Shown here: positions 20,005-30,632 of the stretch, in pieces
Numbering within the stretch: the stretch's first letter is position 1
Layout: every line of letters starts with the position of its first letter
NCBI GenBank assembly: GCA_963812155.1
Contig: CAWETW010000001.1
Location: 32,001 to 96,000 of the forward strand
DNA length: 64,000 bases
From: Vulcanimicrobiota bacterium
GTDB taxonomy: Bacteria; Vulcanimicrobiota; Vulcanimicrobiia; Vulcanimicrobiales; Vulcanimicrobiaceae
Direction of reading: 5' to 3'
Program-made: the position numbers and the translations under genes
Notes under the pieces: generated by a model
Databases searched by the model: none
What the model was told of the DNA's origin: nothing
The model's input: only the letters and a program-made list of their open reading frames with translations

Positions 20005-20733
20005 GTGGAAGCGCTCGTCGTGGCCGCCTGCCTTGCGCTGCTGCCTGGTCCGGCAGCGCGCGTGCTTCACTATTCGTATACGTATGAGACCGGAATGTCG
20101 GCGTCCACCGAAAAGGCGTATGGCCTCGACAAGATGGATCCCGGCAGCGGCGGGACCTTCATGTTTCATAACGTCAACCAGCACTATCTCGCCCCGTCGT
20201 TCGACGCGTCCCAAAGCCGGCGCGGTACGCTGACCGTGGAGGTCGTGCGCGAAGAAGCCGACGGCGGCCTCGTGCTGCGCGTAAGGGAAGCGGCGCCGGG
20301 CGCGGCGTCCTCAGGTTCGGCGCCGGGCGCAACTTGCGTTGCCTTCGGCGACACGACCGTGATCTGCGACCCCACTCAAAGCGTCTCACCGGAAGCCGTC
20401 GCGCTGCTGGGTCTCCTCGGGAAGAATTTCGTCGATGCATCGCAGCTGGACGCGTCACGGCATTGGCACGTCGTCGCTTCGGGCAGCTACGGCGGGAGCG
20501 CGGATTTCACGGTCGTGCGCAGCGACGCGGAGATCTTGACGATCAGCGAGCGAGGGGTTCGCGCGAAGGCCGGATCATCCGAGAAAACCGACGTGAGCGC
20601 GGCCATCCTTTACGATACAACTCGTTCGCTGCCGGTGTCGGTCGACGAGTCGGTGCGCGAGCGAGTCGCGCGCGGCGACGTCGTCTCCGAAACGCGCTCC
20701 TCGCACGTCACGCTGACCCTCGAGCCGCGCTAG
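20005..20733 (+). CDS. Secreted hypothetical protein, apparent paralogue of the divergent neighbour
   Basis: Signal-like N-terminus; LHYSYTY...GTLTVEV...DGGL...TC......TVIC. Start approximate. Confidence 0.65.
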   Translation: MEALVVAACLALLPGPAARVLHYSYTYETGMSASTEKAYGLDKMDPGSGGTFMFHNVNQHYLAPSFDASQSRRGTLTVEVVREEADGGLVLRVREAAPGAASSGSAPGATCVAFGDTTVICDPTQSVSPEAVALLGLLGKNFVDASQLDASRHWHVVASGSYGGSADFTVVRSDAEILTISERGVRAKAGSSEKTDVSAAILYDTTRSLPVSVDESVRERVARGDVVSETRSSHVTLTLEPR

Positions 20734-22361
20734 ATTTTCCACTTCCAGGCGTTCCACGACTCGACGACCGGATTGGGATCGAAACCGTGAAAATCGGTGC
20801 TGATCGCCTCTTGCTGACGATTCCACCAGATGAAGACGACCGGATTGTCGCGCGCGAGCAGCCGCTGGATGCGCGCGTAGGCGACCGCGCGCATCGCCTG
20901 ATCGTAAGTGTTGAGCGCATCGTGCTGCGCCGACTCCATTTCGGGAGTGCAGTAACGCGAGACGTTGTAGCCGCCCGGCGGCTCGTTCGCGCACGTGAAC
21001 TGCGATGAATCGTCGGGATCGACGCCGCCGTACCAGGGCCAGAACATCATGTCGAATTTCCCACCCTGCGCGATGCCGCCCAGCGACGCGGTCGCGTAGA
21101 GCAACGCTTCCGGATAATACTTCACTTCGACGGCGATGCCGATCCGGCGGAGCGCTTCTTGCACGAGCAAGCTCTCTTGGCGGTGCGTCGCGGTGATCGT
21201 GTCGGTGGCGAGCAGAAGCTGCAGTGGCCGGCCGCCCTTGCGCGCGATCCCGTCGGAGCTAAATGCGTAACCCGCCTGGCGCAGCAAGTTTCGCGCTTCC
21301 GCGACGTCGTAAGGATACGAATGCACGTTGGGATCGAAGGCCCACATCCAATCGGGAATATCTTCGGTCGCAACCGTGTTGCGACCGAACGTCAACCGGC
21401 GTACGAAGCCGGATTTGTCGATTGCATGCGCAATGGCCAAGCGAACCCGCGGATCGGAGACGACGGGGCGCGCGAGATTGAATCCCAAACCTTCGTAGGC
21501 GTTGGCGTTGACCCACACCAGCCGCACGTCTTTGAGATCTTTGAGCTCCGGATACGTATTGATCGACGGCTGATAAATGTAGTCGATTGCGTGGGTGCGC
21601 AACAGATTCGTCGCGGTGTTCTCGTCGGGGACGATACTGACGACGACGCGCTGCAGTCCCGGCCGCCCCTCGAAAAATGACGGATTCGCGGTGACGACGA
21701 TGTGGTCGCCATGCTGCCAGGAGTCGAACCGGAACGGGCCGTCGCTCACGTTCGGAGCTTCATTGAACGGAATCTGATTGATGTTGGTATACTTCGAAAG
21801 CACGTGCGAGGGCGCGACGCCGTACGGCTGATCGCTCTCGGCGAAGAAGGTGTTGACGAACGGCGCGAAGCGGCGCTTGAGGCGAACGACGACCGTACGA
21901 GCATCCGGCGTGCCGATCGAACGGACGATGTCGTACCCGTGACGCGAGATGACGTTATCGTTCGGATTGACGATGGCTTCCCAGGACCATTTCACGTCGG
22001 CCGACGTCACGGGGACGCCGTCGCTCCACTTGGCGTCGTCGCGTAAGCGGTAGACGATCGTGAGCCCATCACGACTGATGCCGCCGTTGGCCGTCGTCGG
22101 AACGCGCGCGGCGAGCATCGGAAGCGAATTTCCCCGCGGATCGGCGGTGATCAGCGGCTCGAACATGAGGCGGTCGACGAAGCCGTCGGTCGTCGTGGTG
22201 GCGAGCAGCGGATTGAGACTTTTGGGTTCCTGAACGACCGCCACGCGCAGCACGCCGGGCTGCGTCCACGCGCGGCGCCCGCTCGCCTCGCCGGGCGAGC
22301 CGGCTTTGGTGCATCCGGCCACAAGCACGGTGAGGAGGCACGCAATCGTACGGCGCTGCAT
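20730..22361 (-). CDS. Peptide ABC transporter substrate-binding lipoprotein (family 5)
   Basis: Lipobox VAGC; EPKSLNP, KWSDGVPVTSADVKWS, DGPF, RVRLAIAHAID. Confidence 0.92.
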   Translation of the reverse strand: MQRRTIACLLTVLVAGCTKAGSPGEASGRRAWTQPGVLRVAVVQEPKSLNPLLATTTTDGFVDRLMFEPLITADPRGNSLPMLAARVPTTANGGISRDGLTIVYRLRDDAKWSDGVPVTSADVKWSWEAIVNPNDNVISRHGYDIVRSIGTPDARTVVVRLKRRFAPFVNTFFAESDQPYGVAPSHVLSKYTNINQIPFNEAPNVSDGPFRFDSWQHGDHIVVTANPSFFEGRPGLQRVVVSIVPDENTATNLLRTHAIDYIYQPSINTYPELKDLKDVRLVWVNANAYEGLGFNLARPVVSDPRVRLAIAHAIDKSGFVRRLTFGRNTVATEDIPDWMWAFDPNVHSYPYDVAEARNLLRQAGYAFSSDGIARKGGRPLQLLLATDTITATHRQESLLVQEALRRIGIAVEVKYYPEALLYATASLGGIAQGGKFDMMFWPWYGGVDPDDSSQFTCANEPPGGYNVSRYCTPEMESAQHDALNTYDQAMRAVAYARIQRLLARDNPVVFIWWNRQQEAISTDFHGFDPNPVVESWNAWKWKI

Positions 22362-22445
22362 GCGCCGCCTTTCGCCCTTCGAGCGCAGGCCCCATGGGTT
22401 CCCCGGAGGCGCGGGGCGGCGGGGAGCGGAACGGAAACCCGACCC

Positions 22446-23888
22446 ATGGATTACCGCACCTACGCTTCGCCGTTCTCGTGGAGATACGGGCGCGCCGCAC
22501 TTCGCGCGCTTTTTTCCGAGCGGACGCGCCGGCGGCTCTGGCGCTGCGTGTGGGTCGCCCTGGCCGAGGCCCAGAGCGCCGAAGGATTGGTGACGGCAGC
22601 CGAACTCGACGACTTGCGCGCGCATGCACACGCAATCGACATCGAGGCGGCGCATGCGATCGAGCGCGAGATTCATCACGATCTGATGGCCGAAATCCGC
22701 GTCTTCGCGTCGCAGGCGACGCTTGGCGGCGGCAAGCTGCATTTAGGCGCGACCTCGATGGACATCGAAGACACGGTCGAGACCTATCGGCTTCGATTGG
22801 CCTTGTCGTGGCTGGGCGAAAGTCTGCGCGAATTGCTGCTCGCGCTTGCCGAACGCGTCCGCCGGCACGCCGACCTCGTCTGCATGGGTTTCACCCACTT
22901 GCAGCCGGCCGAACCGACGACGTTGGGCTACCGGCTTGCCGTGTACGCGCAAGATCTGTTGATCGACGACGCCAACTTGCGCTTCGTCTTCGAAAACGTC
23001 ACGACCAAAGGTCTGCGTGGAGCGGTGGGAACCGCCGCCTCGTACGAGAGTCTGCTCGACGGCTCCGGGCGCTCGTCGAACATCGAAGCCTTCGTGCTCG
23101 AGCAATTCGGCCTCGAAGCGCGCGAGATCAGCACGCAGACCTACCCGCGGAAGCTCGACTACCTCCTGCTCTCCGCGCTCGCCGGTTTGGGCGCGTCGCT
23201 CTCGAAGTTCGCCTTCGACGTGCGCGTGCTCAGCAGCCCGGAGTTCGGTGAAACCGCCGAGCCGTTCGGCAGCGCACAGGTCGGAAGTTCGGCGATGCCC
23301 TTCAAGCGTAACCCGATCCTCTGCGAGCGGATCAATTCGCTGGCGCGCCTGCTGGTCGCATACAGCGACACCGCATGGCAGAACGCGGCGACGAATCTTT
23401 TGGAACGGACGCTCGACGACAGCGCCAACCGCCGCATGATTCTTCCCGAAGCGCTGCTGTGCGCCGACGAACTGATCGCGCTCGCGCATCGCGTCGTTGC
23501 CGGTCTGCGCGTCGACGAACGGCGGATCGCACAGAACCTGCGGACGTACGGGCCCTTTTCGGGAACCGAAGCGGTGATGATGGAAGCGGTGCGCTCGGGC
23601 GGCGACCGGCAAGCACTGCACGAATCGCTGCGGCGTGCCTCGATGGAAGCGTGGGAGGCCCTGGCTCGCGGCCAAGACAATCCGCTTTCCCGGCTGCTGG
23701 CCGAGGATTCCGGCTTGACTGCGCTCGTCGACCCCGCCGAGATCCGGCTGCTGCTCGATCCGGGCAAGCATGTCGGCACGGCGCCGCAACGCGCGCGGTT
23801 GCTGGCCGATCGCATCGAACTGTTGGAGCCGTTCCCAAAGCAAACGGAAATCGTACTGCCACCCGAGGAAAACGACACGAGTGAATAA
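22446..23888 (+). CDS. purB: Adenylosuccinate lyase
   Basis: HLGATS, GFTHLQPA, signature GSSAMPFKRNP, LERTLDDSANRR. Confidence 0.96.
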   Translation: MDYRTYASPFSWRYGRAALRALFSERTRRRLWRCVWVALAEAQSAEGLVTAAELDDLRAHAHAIDIEAAHAIEREIHHDLMAEIRVFASQATLGGGKLHLGATSMDIEDTVETYRLRLALSWLGESLRELLLALAERVRRHADLVCMGFTHLQPAEPTTLGYRLAVYAQDLLIDDANLRFVFENVTTKGLRGAVGTAASYESLLDGSGRSSNIEAFVLEQFGLEAREISTQTYPRKLDYLLLSALAGLGASLSKFAFDVRVLSSPEFGETAEPFGSAQVGSSAMPFKRNPILCERINSLARLLVAYSDTAWQNAATNLLERTLDDSANRRMILPEALLCADELIALAHRVVAGLRVDERRIAQNLRTYGPFSGTEAVMMEAVRSGGDRQALHESLRRASMEAWEALARGQDNPLSRLLAEDSGLTALVDPAEIRLLLDPGKHVGTAPQRARLLADRIELLEPFPKQTEIVLPPEENDTSE

Positions 23889-25080
23889 GGGCATCGAAAT
23901 CGCGCGCGGCAAGACCAAAGTGCTCTACGAGCTGCCCGGGCAGCCGGCACAGCTGGTGGTCGCTCAGACCGATCAGATCTCCGCCGGCGACGGCGCGCGC
24001 CGTCACGTGATCGCCGGTAAAGGGCGGCTTGCCGCACAGACGACCGCGCGAGTCTTCCGGCTGCTCAACCTCTGCGGCCTACCGACGCACTACCTCAACG
24101 GCGGCGAAGACGACGACGACAACGAAATGGTCGTGCGCCGCTGCAACATGATTCCGCTCGAGGTGGTGACGCGCGGCGTGGCCGCCGGATCGTTCGTCAA
24201 GCGAAATCCCGCCGCCGCACGCGGCGCGCTGCTCGTGCCGCGCGTCGTCGAGTTCTTTCTGAAGGACGACGCCAACCACGATCCGCTCGTGACGCCGGAG
24301 CAGATCGTCGCGCAGAGCCTGGCATCCCCGCAAGAAATTGCGACGATGAGCGAGCTGGCGCGTTTGACGTTCGACATCTTGGCGCATGCCTGGCGCCGCC
24401 GCGACGTGATGCTCGTCGATCTGAAGATCGAATTCGGACGGCTGGCCAGCGGCGAGAACCAAGGGCAACTCGTCGTCGCCGACGTGATCGACAACGATTC
24501 TTGGCGCATCTGGCCGCAAGGCCGCGAAGATCTCATGCTCGATAAGCAGATGTATCGCAATCTGCAAACGGTGGACGACGAGGCGCTCGCCACCGTGAAG
24601 CGCGCCTACGAGCGCGTCGCCGAGATGACCGGCTCTTTTCCGGTGATGCGCCCTGGAATGATCGCCGTCATCGCCGAGACGCCGGCGCTCGTCGAGCGGG
24701 CCAACGAAATTGCGTTGGCTTTCGGGCAGCTCGGCATGCCGACCGTGCGTCACGTAGCAAATCCGGCGACCACGCCGTTGTACGTCCTGCAACTGGTGCA
24801 GCAGATCGAAACGACGTTTGCGCGCGTCGCATTCGTGGCCGCGGGCGAGAGCGACGTCTTGCGCGCGATGCTGGAAGCGGCAACCTCGTCGCCGGTGCTG
24901 GACGGACGCGCCGATGCGCCGCAGCTGGCGCTGCACTGCGCGAAAATCTTCGGACTCGAGGATACGGTGCTCTTCGGCCGCACGCTGTTGATGCTGGCGA
25001 ACGCGCGGACGAGCGTGGTCGCTGCGGACTCATCGCTTCAGCAACAAGCCGTGTCGGCGCAGGGAGTCGCCCTTGGTTAG
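23881..25080 (+). CDS. purC: SAICAR synthetase with C-terminal degenerate AIR-carboxylase-like domain (PAICS-like)
   Basis: GTG 23881; GKTK, IPLEVVTR..AAGSF, LVDLKIEFG, ADVIDNDSWRIWP, DKQMYR; extra about 145-aa domain from about 24646. Confidence 0.9.
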   Translation: MNKGIEIARGKTKVLYELPGQPAQLVVAQTDQISAGDGARRHVIAGKGRLAAQTTARVFRLLNLCGLPTHYLNGGEDDDDNEMVVRRCNMIPLEVVTRGVAAGSFVKRNPAAARGALLVPRVVEFFLKDDANHDPLVTPEQIVAQSLASPQEIATMSELARLTFDILAHAWRRRDVMLVDLKIEFGRLASGENQGQLVVADVIDNDSWRIWPQGREDLMLDKQMYRNLQTVDDEALATVKRAYERVAEMTGSFPVMRPGMIAVIAETPALVERANEIALAFGQLGMPTVRHVANPATTPLYVLQLVQQIETTFARVAFVAAGESDVLRAMLEAATSSPVLDGRADAPQLALHCAKIFGLEDTVLFGRTLLMLANARTSVVAADSSLQQQAVSAQGVALG

Positions 25081-27280
25081 CGGTCCGCCGCGCCGGCCAA
25101 ACCTCGCACTCTCCGCAAGCGAGCTGGAAACCATCGCGCGCCGGCTCGGACGCGACCCGACCGTCGTGGAGCAGCACGCGTTCGACGCGCAGTGGAGCGA
25201 GCATTGCAGCTACAAATCCAGCCGCCGGCATCTCGCAAAGTTGCCGTCGAGCGGATCGCGCGTCGTGCTGGGACCGGGTGAAGACGCCGGCATCGTGCAT
25301 TTGGGCGAACATGCGGGCGTGCGATACGGCGTCGTGGCGGCGCACGAGTCCCACAACCATCCTTCCCAGGTCGTGCCGTTCGAAGGCGCCGCGACCGGCG
25401 TCGGAGGGATCGTTCGCGACGTGCTGTGCATGGGCGCTGCGGTCGTGGCGGTGGGCGACGCCTTACGCTTCGGGCGCGTGGACGATCCGCGGTCGCACCA
25501 GCGATACGTGGCCCGGAGCGCCGTCGACGGGATCGGCGCGTATGGCAATGCAATCGGCGTACCGAATCTGGCCGGCGACGTCTACTTCGATGAAGGGTTC
25601 GACGAAAATTGTTTGGTGAACGTCGTCGCGCTCGGCATCGTCGACGAAGCGCAGATCGTGCACTCGTCGGCTCCGGCCGGCGCCGACGGCTGGGACATCG
25701 TGCTGGTCGGCAAGGCCACCGATGCCAGCGGATTCGGCGGCGCCTCGTTCTCATCGGTGACGCTCGATTCGGAGAACGAAGCCGCCAACAAGGGTGCCGT
25801 TCAAGTCCCGGATCCGTTTCTCGAAAACGTGCTCATGCGCGCGTCCTACCGCGTTTTCGAATTCTTGCGCGAGCGGAAAATCGGCGCGGCATTCAAGGAT
25901 CTCGGCGCGGGCGGCATCATGGGGTGCTCCGCCGAGATTACCTCGAGTGGCGGCTATGGCGCCGACCTCAACCTCGACGAGGTCAACGTCGCGTACGACG
26001 GCATGGCGCCGGAAGTGATCGCCGTCGGTGAGACGCAAGAACGCTTGCTCTGGGTGCTTCCGCCGGATGCCACCGCCGGCGTGCTGCGGATTTATAACGA
26101 TGAGTTTACGCTGCCACAGGTAGCGTTCAACGCGCGCGCCGTCGTCGTCGGCCGCGTCACCAACGAGAAGCGTTACGTGCTGCGCCATCGCGGCGCCATC
26201 GTGATGGACGTCGAGAGTGAGTTTCTGACCGGGCGGATCGATGACGAACTGCCCTACGTCGAAGCGATTCGTCACGAACCGTCCGCGCGCGAGCTGCCGG
26301 CCGTCGACGTCGAATCGGTTTTTCCGCGCGTGCTGGCCCATCGAGACGTCTGCTCGCGCGAGCCGCTCTTTCGCCGTTACGACTGGGTCGTGCGCGGCGC
26401 GACCGTCGTTCCGCGCGGCGCCGGCGATGCCGGCGTGCTGGCTCCGATTCCGGGAAGTCCGCTCGGACTCTCGTTAGCCGTTGCGGGAAATCCGCGCTAC
26501 GGCCGGATTGATGCCGGTGCCGCCGCGCAGCTGGCGGTTGTGGAAGCGGTGCGCCGCACGATTGCCGCCGGCGCCCGTCCGATCGGACTCACCGATTGCC
26601 TCAACTTCGGCGATCCGCACAAACCCGAGCGACTGGGCGAGTTCGTTGCAGCCACCGAAGGGCTGGCGCACGCGGCGCGCGAGTTCGGTTTGGCGTTCGT
26701 TTCAGGCAACGTCAGCCTTTACAACGAGTCGAAATCCGGCGCAGCGATTCCACCCTCGGCGATCGTCGCGTGCATCGGAGTCGTCTCCGACGTCGCGCGC
26801 ACGATCACGCCGGGCCTCAAACGCGCCGGTTCTTCGCTGTTGTGGGTGGGCAGTCGCGAACTCGCAGTCGGCGGGTCCGTGCTGGCCGAAGTGCTGGGCA
26901 TCGATGGGCCGCTGCCGGCGATCGACTACGACGGCGAACGGGCCGCAATCGGCATCGTGCAGTCCGCGATTTCGACGGGCGTCCTGCTCTCGTGCCGCGC
27001 CGTCGTGGACGGCGGCATGCTCACGGCGCTCGCGCGGCTCGCGTTCGACGCGCGCGCGGCCGGTCGCGAACTCGGCGCCGAACTCGATTTCGGCAATCCG
27101 CTGTGCGAAACCGGCGGATTCCTCTGCGAGGTGAGCGACGATAGCGAGGTCGACGTGTCGGGCGCGCTCAAAATCGGCGTGACGATCGCGCGGCCGGAAC
27201 TCGTCGTCAACGCAACGGTATTCGAGGTTGATGCGCTGCAGGAGATCTGGTCGAAGCCGCTCGCGGAGATTTATCCGTGA
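25073..27280 (+). CDS. purL: Phosphoribosylformylglycinamidine synthase subunit PurL (small form)
   Basis: WSEHCSYKSS, ESHNHPS, GAATGVGGIVRD, DLGAGG, ETQER, DCLNFG, GNVSLYN. Confidence 0.96.
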   Translation: MVSGPPRRPNLALSASELETIARRLGRDPTVVEQHAFDAQWSEHCSYKSSRRHLAKLPSSGSRVVLGPGEDAGIVHLGEHAGVRYGVVAAHESHNHPSQVVPFEGAATGVGGIVRDVLCMGAAVVAVGDALRFGRVDDPRSHQRYVARSAVDGIGAYGNAIGVPNLAGDVYFDEGFDENCLVNVVALGIVDEAQIVHSSAPAGADGWDIVLVGKATDASGFGGASFSSVTLDSENEAANKGAVQVPDPFLENVLMRASYRVFEFLRERKIGAAFKDLGAGGIMGCSAEITSSGGYGADLNLDEVNVAYDGMAPEVIAVGETQERLLWVLPPDATAGVLRIYNDEFTLPQVAFNARAVVVGRVTNEKRYVLRHRGAIVMDVESEFLTGRIDDELPYVEAIRHEPSARELPAVDVESVFPRVLAHRDVCSREPLFRRYDWVVRGATVVPRGAGDAGVLAPIPGSPLGLSLAVAGNPRYGRIDAGAAAQLAVVEAVRRTIAAGARPIGLTDCLNFGDPHKPERLGEFVAATEGLAHAAREFGLAFVSGNVSLYNESKSGAAIPPSAIVACIGVVSDVARTITPGLKRAGSSLLWVGSRELAVGGSVLAEVLGIDGPLPAIDYDGERAAIGIVQSAISTGVLLSCRAVVDGGMLTALARLAFDARAAGRELGAELDFGNPLCETGGFLCEVSDDSEVDVSGALKIGVTIARPELVVNATVFEVDALQEIWSKPLAEIYP

Positions 27281-28050
27281 CGGAGATGCGTCGCATTGCA
27301 GTGCTGGTCTTCCCCGGAACGAACTCGGAGGAGGAGACGCTGCGGCTGTTGCGCGATTGCGGCGGCGATGCCGAACTCGTGCACTGGTCGCGCGTGCAAA
27401 CGCTCGGCGCGTTCGACGCCTACGTTCTTCCCGGCGGGTTCGCGTACGAGGATCGCATCCGCGCCGGCGCCGTCGCGGCGCATGACGAGGCGATGGACGC
27501 GGTCGTGACCGCTGCTCGCTCCGGCAAACTCGTGCTCGGCATCTGCAACGGCGCGCAAATTTTGCTCGAGGCGGGGCTCGTGCCCGGCACCGGGACGGCT
27601 CGCCGTCCGACCGCCGCTTTCACCAACAACGCCCCGGTGCCGCACTTCGTCTGCCGCCACGTCTACCTGCGGCTCTCCGTGGCACCCGAGCGTTGCGCGA
27701 TCACTGCATCGCTGGCGCCCGCGGCGCTGATTCCGGCATACGCCGCACACGGAGAAGGCCGTTTGGCGGCATCCGGCGAGCATCTCGCCGAAATCGTCGC
27801 CGGCGATCATCTTGCATTCGTCTATGCCGATGCGTCGGGCCGCACCGAAGACTCCGCCGTTCCCAACGGGTCGGCCCTCGGCTGTGCGGGGCTGGTGAAC
27901 GTGGAGGGTAACGTGCTCGCGGTTATGCCGCATCCGGAGCGCGACGCGTGGAACTTCAATCATCTCGACCGGTGCGAAGGCGACGACGTGCTCGCGCCTT
28001 CCGGCGGCGCCGCGCTCTTCCGCAGTTTCGTCGCCGCGGTGAACGCGTGA
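27277..28050 (+). CDS. purQ: FGAM synthase glutaminase subunit PurQ
   Basis: FPGTNS, PGGFAYED, LGICNGAQIL, AHGEG, MPHPER. Confidence 0.96.
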   Translation: MTEMRRIAVLVFPGTNSEEETLRLLRDCGGDAELVHWSRVQTLGAFDAYVLPGGFAYEDRIRAGAVAAHDEAMDAVVTAARSGKLVLGICNGAQILLEAGLVPGTGTARRPTAAFTNNAPVPHFVCRHVYLRLSVAPERCAITASLAPAALIPAYAAHGEGRLAASGEHLAEIVAGDHLAFVYADASGRTEDSAVPNGSALGCAGLVNVEGNVLAVMPHPERDAWNFNHLDRCEGDDVLAPSGGAALFRSFVAAVNA

Positions 28051-28508
28051 TGCGCCGGACTGTCGCCATCTCGCTGAAAATTCCCGACAACGCCGCTTAC
28101 ACCGCGCTGACCGCATTACGCCGCATCGGCCTCGAACTCGGTGAGGCCGACCGGCGCGAGATTTGGCAGTTCGAGGATGCCGGAACGCCCGAGACGCTCG
28201 TCGATCGCATTTCCGCCAACGCCGCAATCTTCAACCCGAACAAGCACCGCATCGCCGTCTTGGAACATCAGCAACCCCAGGCCGGGGAAACGTGGGTGTC
28301 GCCGGCCGGGCAGCGCGACGAAGTGCGCGAACACCTCGGAGGCACCGGCATCGAAGGCATCCTGCGCGCGAAGCGTGCGGTAGGCTGGAGATTGCGCGAC
28401 GGGCATGGCAACCCGGCCGAGCGCGCGATGCTCGTCGCGGCCGTCGAAGGCCTTCTCTGCAATCCGGCCGTCGAAGAGGCGCGCTACGAAGGAGACTCGT
28501 CCGCTTGA
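28050..28508 (+). CDS. purS: Double-length PurS-like subunit
   Basis: Follows purQ with a TGATG overlap; two lobes ending IFNPNKH and LLCNPAVEEARY (PurS consensus LLxNPVIExY). Confidence 0.65.
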   Translation: MRRTVAISLKIPDNAAYTALTALRRIGLELGEADRREIWQFEDAGTPETLVDRISANAAIFNPNKHRIAVLEHQQPQAGETWVSPAGQRDEVREHLGGTGIEGILRAKRAVGWRLRDGHGNPAERAMLVAAVEGLLCNPAVEEARYEGDSSA

Positions 28509-29528
28509 ACCGTCCCTACACGATCGCTACGCTCGGCTCGCATTCGGCGCTGCAAATCCTCAAGGGCGCGCACGATGAAGGCTTCAAGACGCTGGCCATC
28601 TCCAATCGCGTGACCGAACGGCTCTACCGCTCGTTCGCCTTCGTGGACGAGGTGATCGCACTTGGAGACTATTCAGAGTTCATGAGCGTCGTCGACGAAC
28701 TGGCGCGGCGCAAGGTCATCATCGTCCCGCACGGTTCGTTCGTGGCCTATCTTTCGCTCGAAGAGCAGAAGAAGATGACGATCCCCTACTTCGGCAACAA
28801 GGCAGTGCTCGATTGGGAAGCCAGTCGCGAACTGCAGCGCCAGTGGCTTTCTCGTGCGGGCTTGACGCTGCCGCGCCAGTTCCGCAGCGGCGCAGAGATC
28901 GACCGGCCGGTCATCGTTAAACTCTACGGCGCGGCAGGCGGCAAAGGGTATATGTTCATCCAGGATGCGGCCGACTTCGAAGCGCGCGCGGCGCACCTGC
29001 AGCAAGACTACATCATTCAGGAATACGTCATCGGCGTCCCGCTCTACATTCATTACTTCTATTCGCCGCTCAATGACAAACTCGAAATCATGTCGATGGA
29101 TCGCCGCTACGAAACCAACGTCGACTCGCTCGGCCGCATCCCCGCGGCGGCGCAGGGCAGCATGGACGTCAACCCGTCGTACGTCGTCGTGGGCAACCAG
29201 CCGGTCTCGCTGCGCGAATCGATGCTCGCCGAAGCGCTGCGCATGGGCGACGATGTCGTGCGGATCAGCAAAGAGATTTGCGGTCCCAAAGGCCTCTTCG
29301 GCGCCTTCTGCATCGAAACGATCATCACGCCGGACATCCAGTTCTACGTGATGGAAATCTCGGCGCGAATCGTCGCGGGAACCAATCTTGTTCATCGACG
29401 GCTCTCCGTATTCGTACCTGAACTATTCCGAGCCGATGTCGACCGGCCGGCGCATCGCGCGGGAGATCAAAAACGCCCTTCTCACCCACAATCTCCGTTT
29501 CGTTTTCGATGATTCGAGCATTCTCTAA
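28505..29528 (+). CDS. purP: PurP, formate-dependent FAICAR synthetase (ATP-grasp), frameshift near 29390
   Basis: [61 protein letters not shown]; the shifted frame continues GSPYS...[12 protein letters not shown]. Confidence 0.9.
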
Positions 29529-30626
29529 CACCCTCACCGTTTTCGTTCTGCTGGTGTTGATGTTGCCGGCGGCGGCGAAAGCGGCGTTGGTTGCCGATCC
29601 GGCGGTGCTCTACCAGCAGATGAAGGACGCCTACGGCAAAGGCGCGGCGGGCGGCTGGAATTACCGGTCGCAGCAGTACTATCTGTCGACGATTTTCAAT
29701 GCGGGACGCGCCTACTCGCTGCAGTATCCCGACGATCCGGCGTACGGAGAGTTGGCGACGCTGACGGTACAAATCGGCGGAGGCCTGCACTACAATCCAC
29801 TGATCAATCACGATGCTGCGGCGTGGTGGGTACGCGAAGCGTCCGACTGGGTGATGAAGCACGGGCAGGATGCGTCGCTGATGGGCGAAGCCGCGCAGAT
29901 GCTGCAGCGCGTGAACTCCGAAGATGCTCCCGAGCAGCTGGCGCGTTTGGCCGATCAAGACGCGACGGCCAACCTGCAGACCTATCCGCGCGACGTCGAC
30001 GCACTGCTCGCGCAGGTCGAAGCCAATTGGCGGGGATGGCTATTGACGCGCGACGCCGCTTGGCGCTCGCTGGCATTCCAGCGGGCGGCGGCGGCGGACT
30101 TTCCGGTCGCGCATCTGCCGACGACGTGGGGAAACGACCTGGTGGCTTCGGCCAGTGCGGCATCGACCGAAAACGGCTACAGCGGACAGGACGTCGCAAA
30201 TGCCGGGATATTCCTGCGCCGACTGAAAGCCGTCGATCCGATCCGAGTCATCACCACCGTTACGGCGCTTCCGCACGACGTGTACATGACGACGCTCGCG
30301 CCGGCGGACGAGTACTTCGGGCGCATGGGCATGTCGATTCTGGGCATTCGAGAACCAACTCAAGCACATCAATTTCATGCTCGACTACAACTACGGCAAT
30401 CGCGAGAGCGGCGAGACGGTCTTGGTGGCCGAGTCGATCGACGACATGCACAAGGTCTATCCTCGCGATCGCGATTTACCGATGCTGCTCTACTGGTGTT
30501 ATACGACCTTGCAGCGGATGAGCGACGCGCCAGTCACGCACGGCTGCCGCGCATCTGCGGGCGATTCTCACGGTCGAATACCAGGACAGCCCGCAGGCCC
30601 GCAAGATTCTCACGGGAAGTTCTTAG
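29509..30626 (+). CDS. Secreted alpha-helical hypothetical protein, frameshifts near 30348 and 30545
   Basis: Signal peptide; [17 protein letters not shown] motif; continues in other frames ([14 protein letters not shown]...[20 protein letters not shown]) to TAG 30626. Confidence 0.6.
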
Positions 30627-30632
30627 GCACGC

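Noticed and set aside
20730..22742. N-terminally extended versions of ORFs (binding protein to 22742, pepA to 47446, dehydrogenase from 8951, phosphoesterase from 15081)
   Set aside because: The extensions overlap neighbouring real genes; downstream starts give proper signal peptides or family N-termini.
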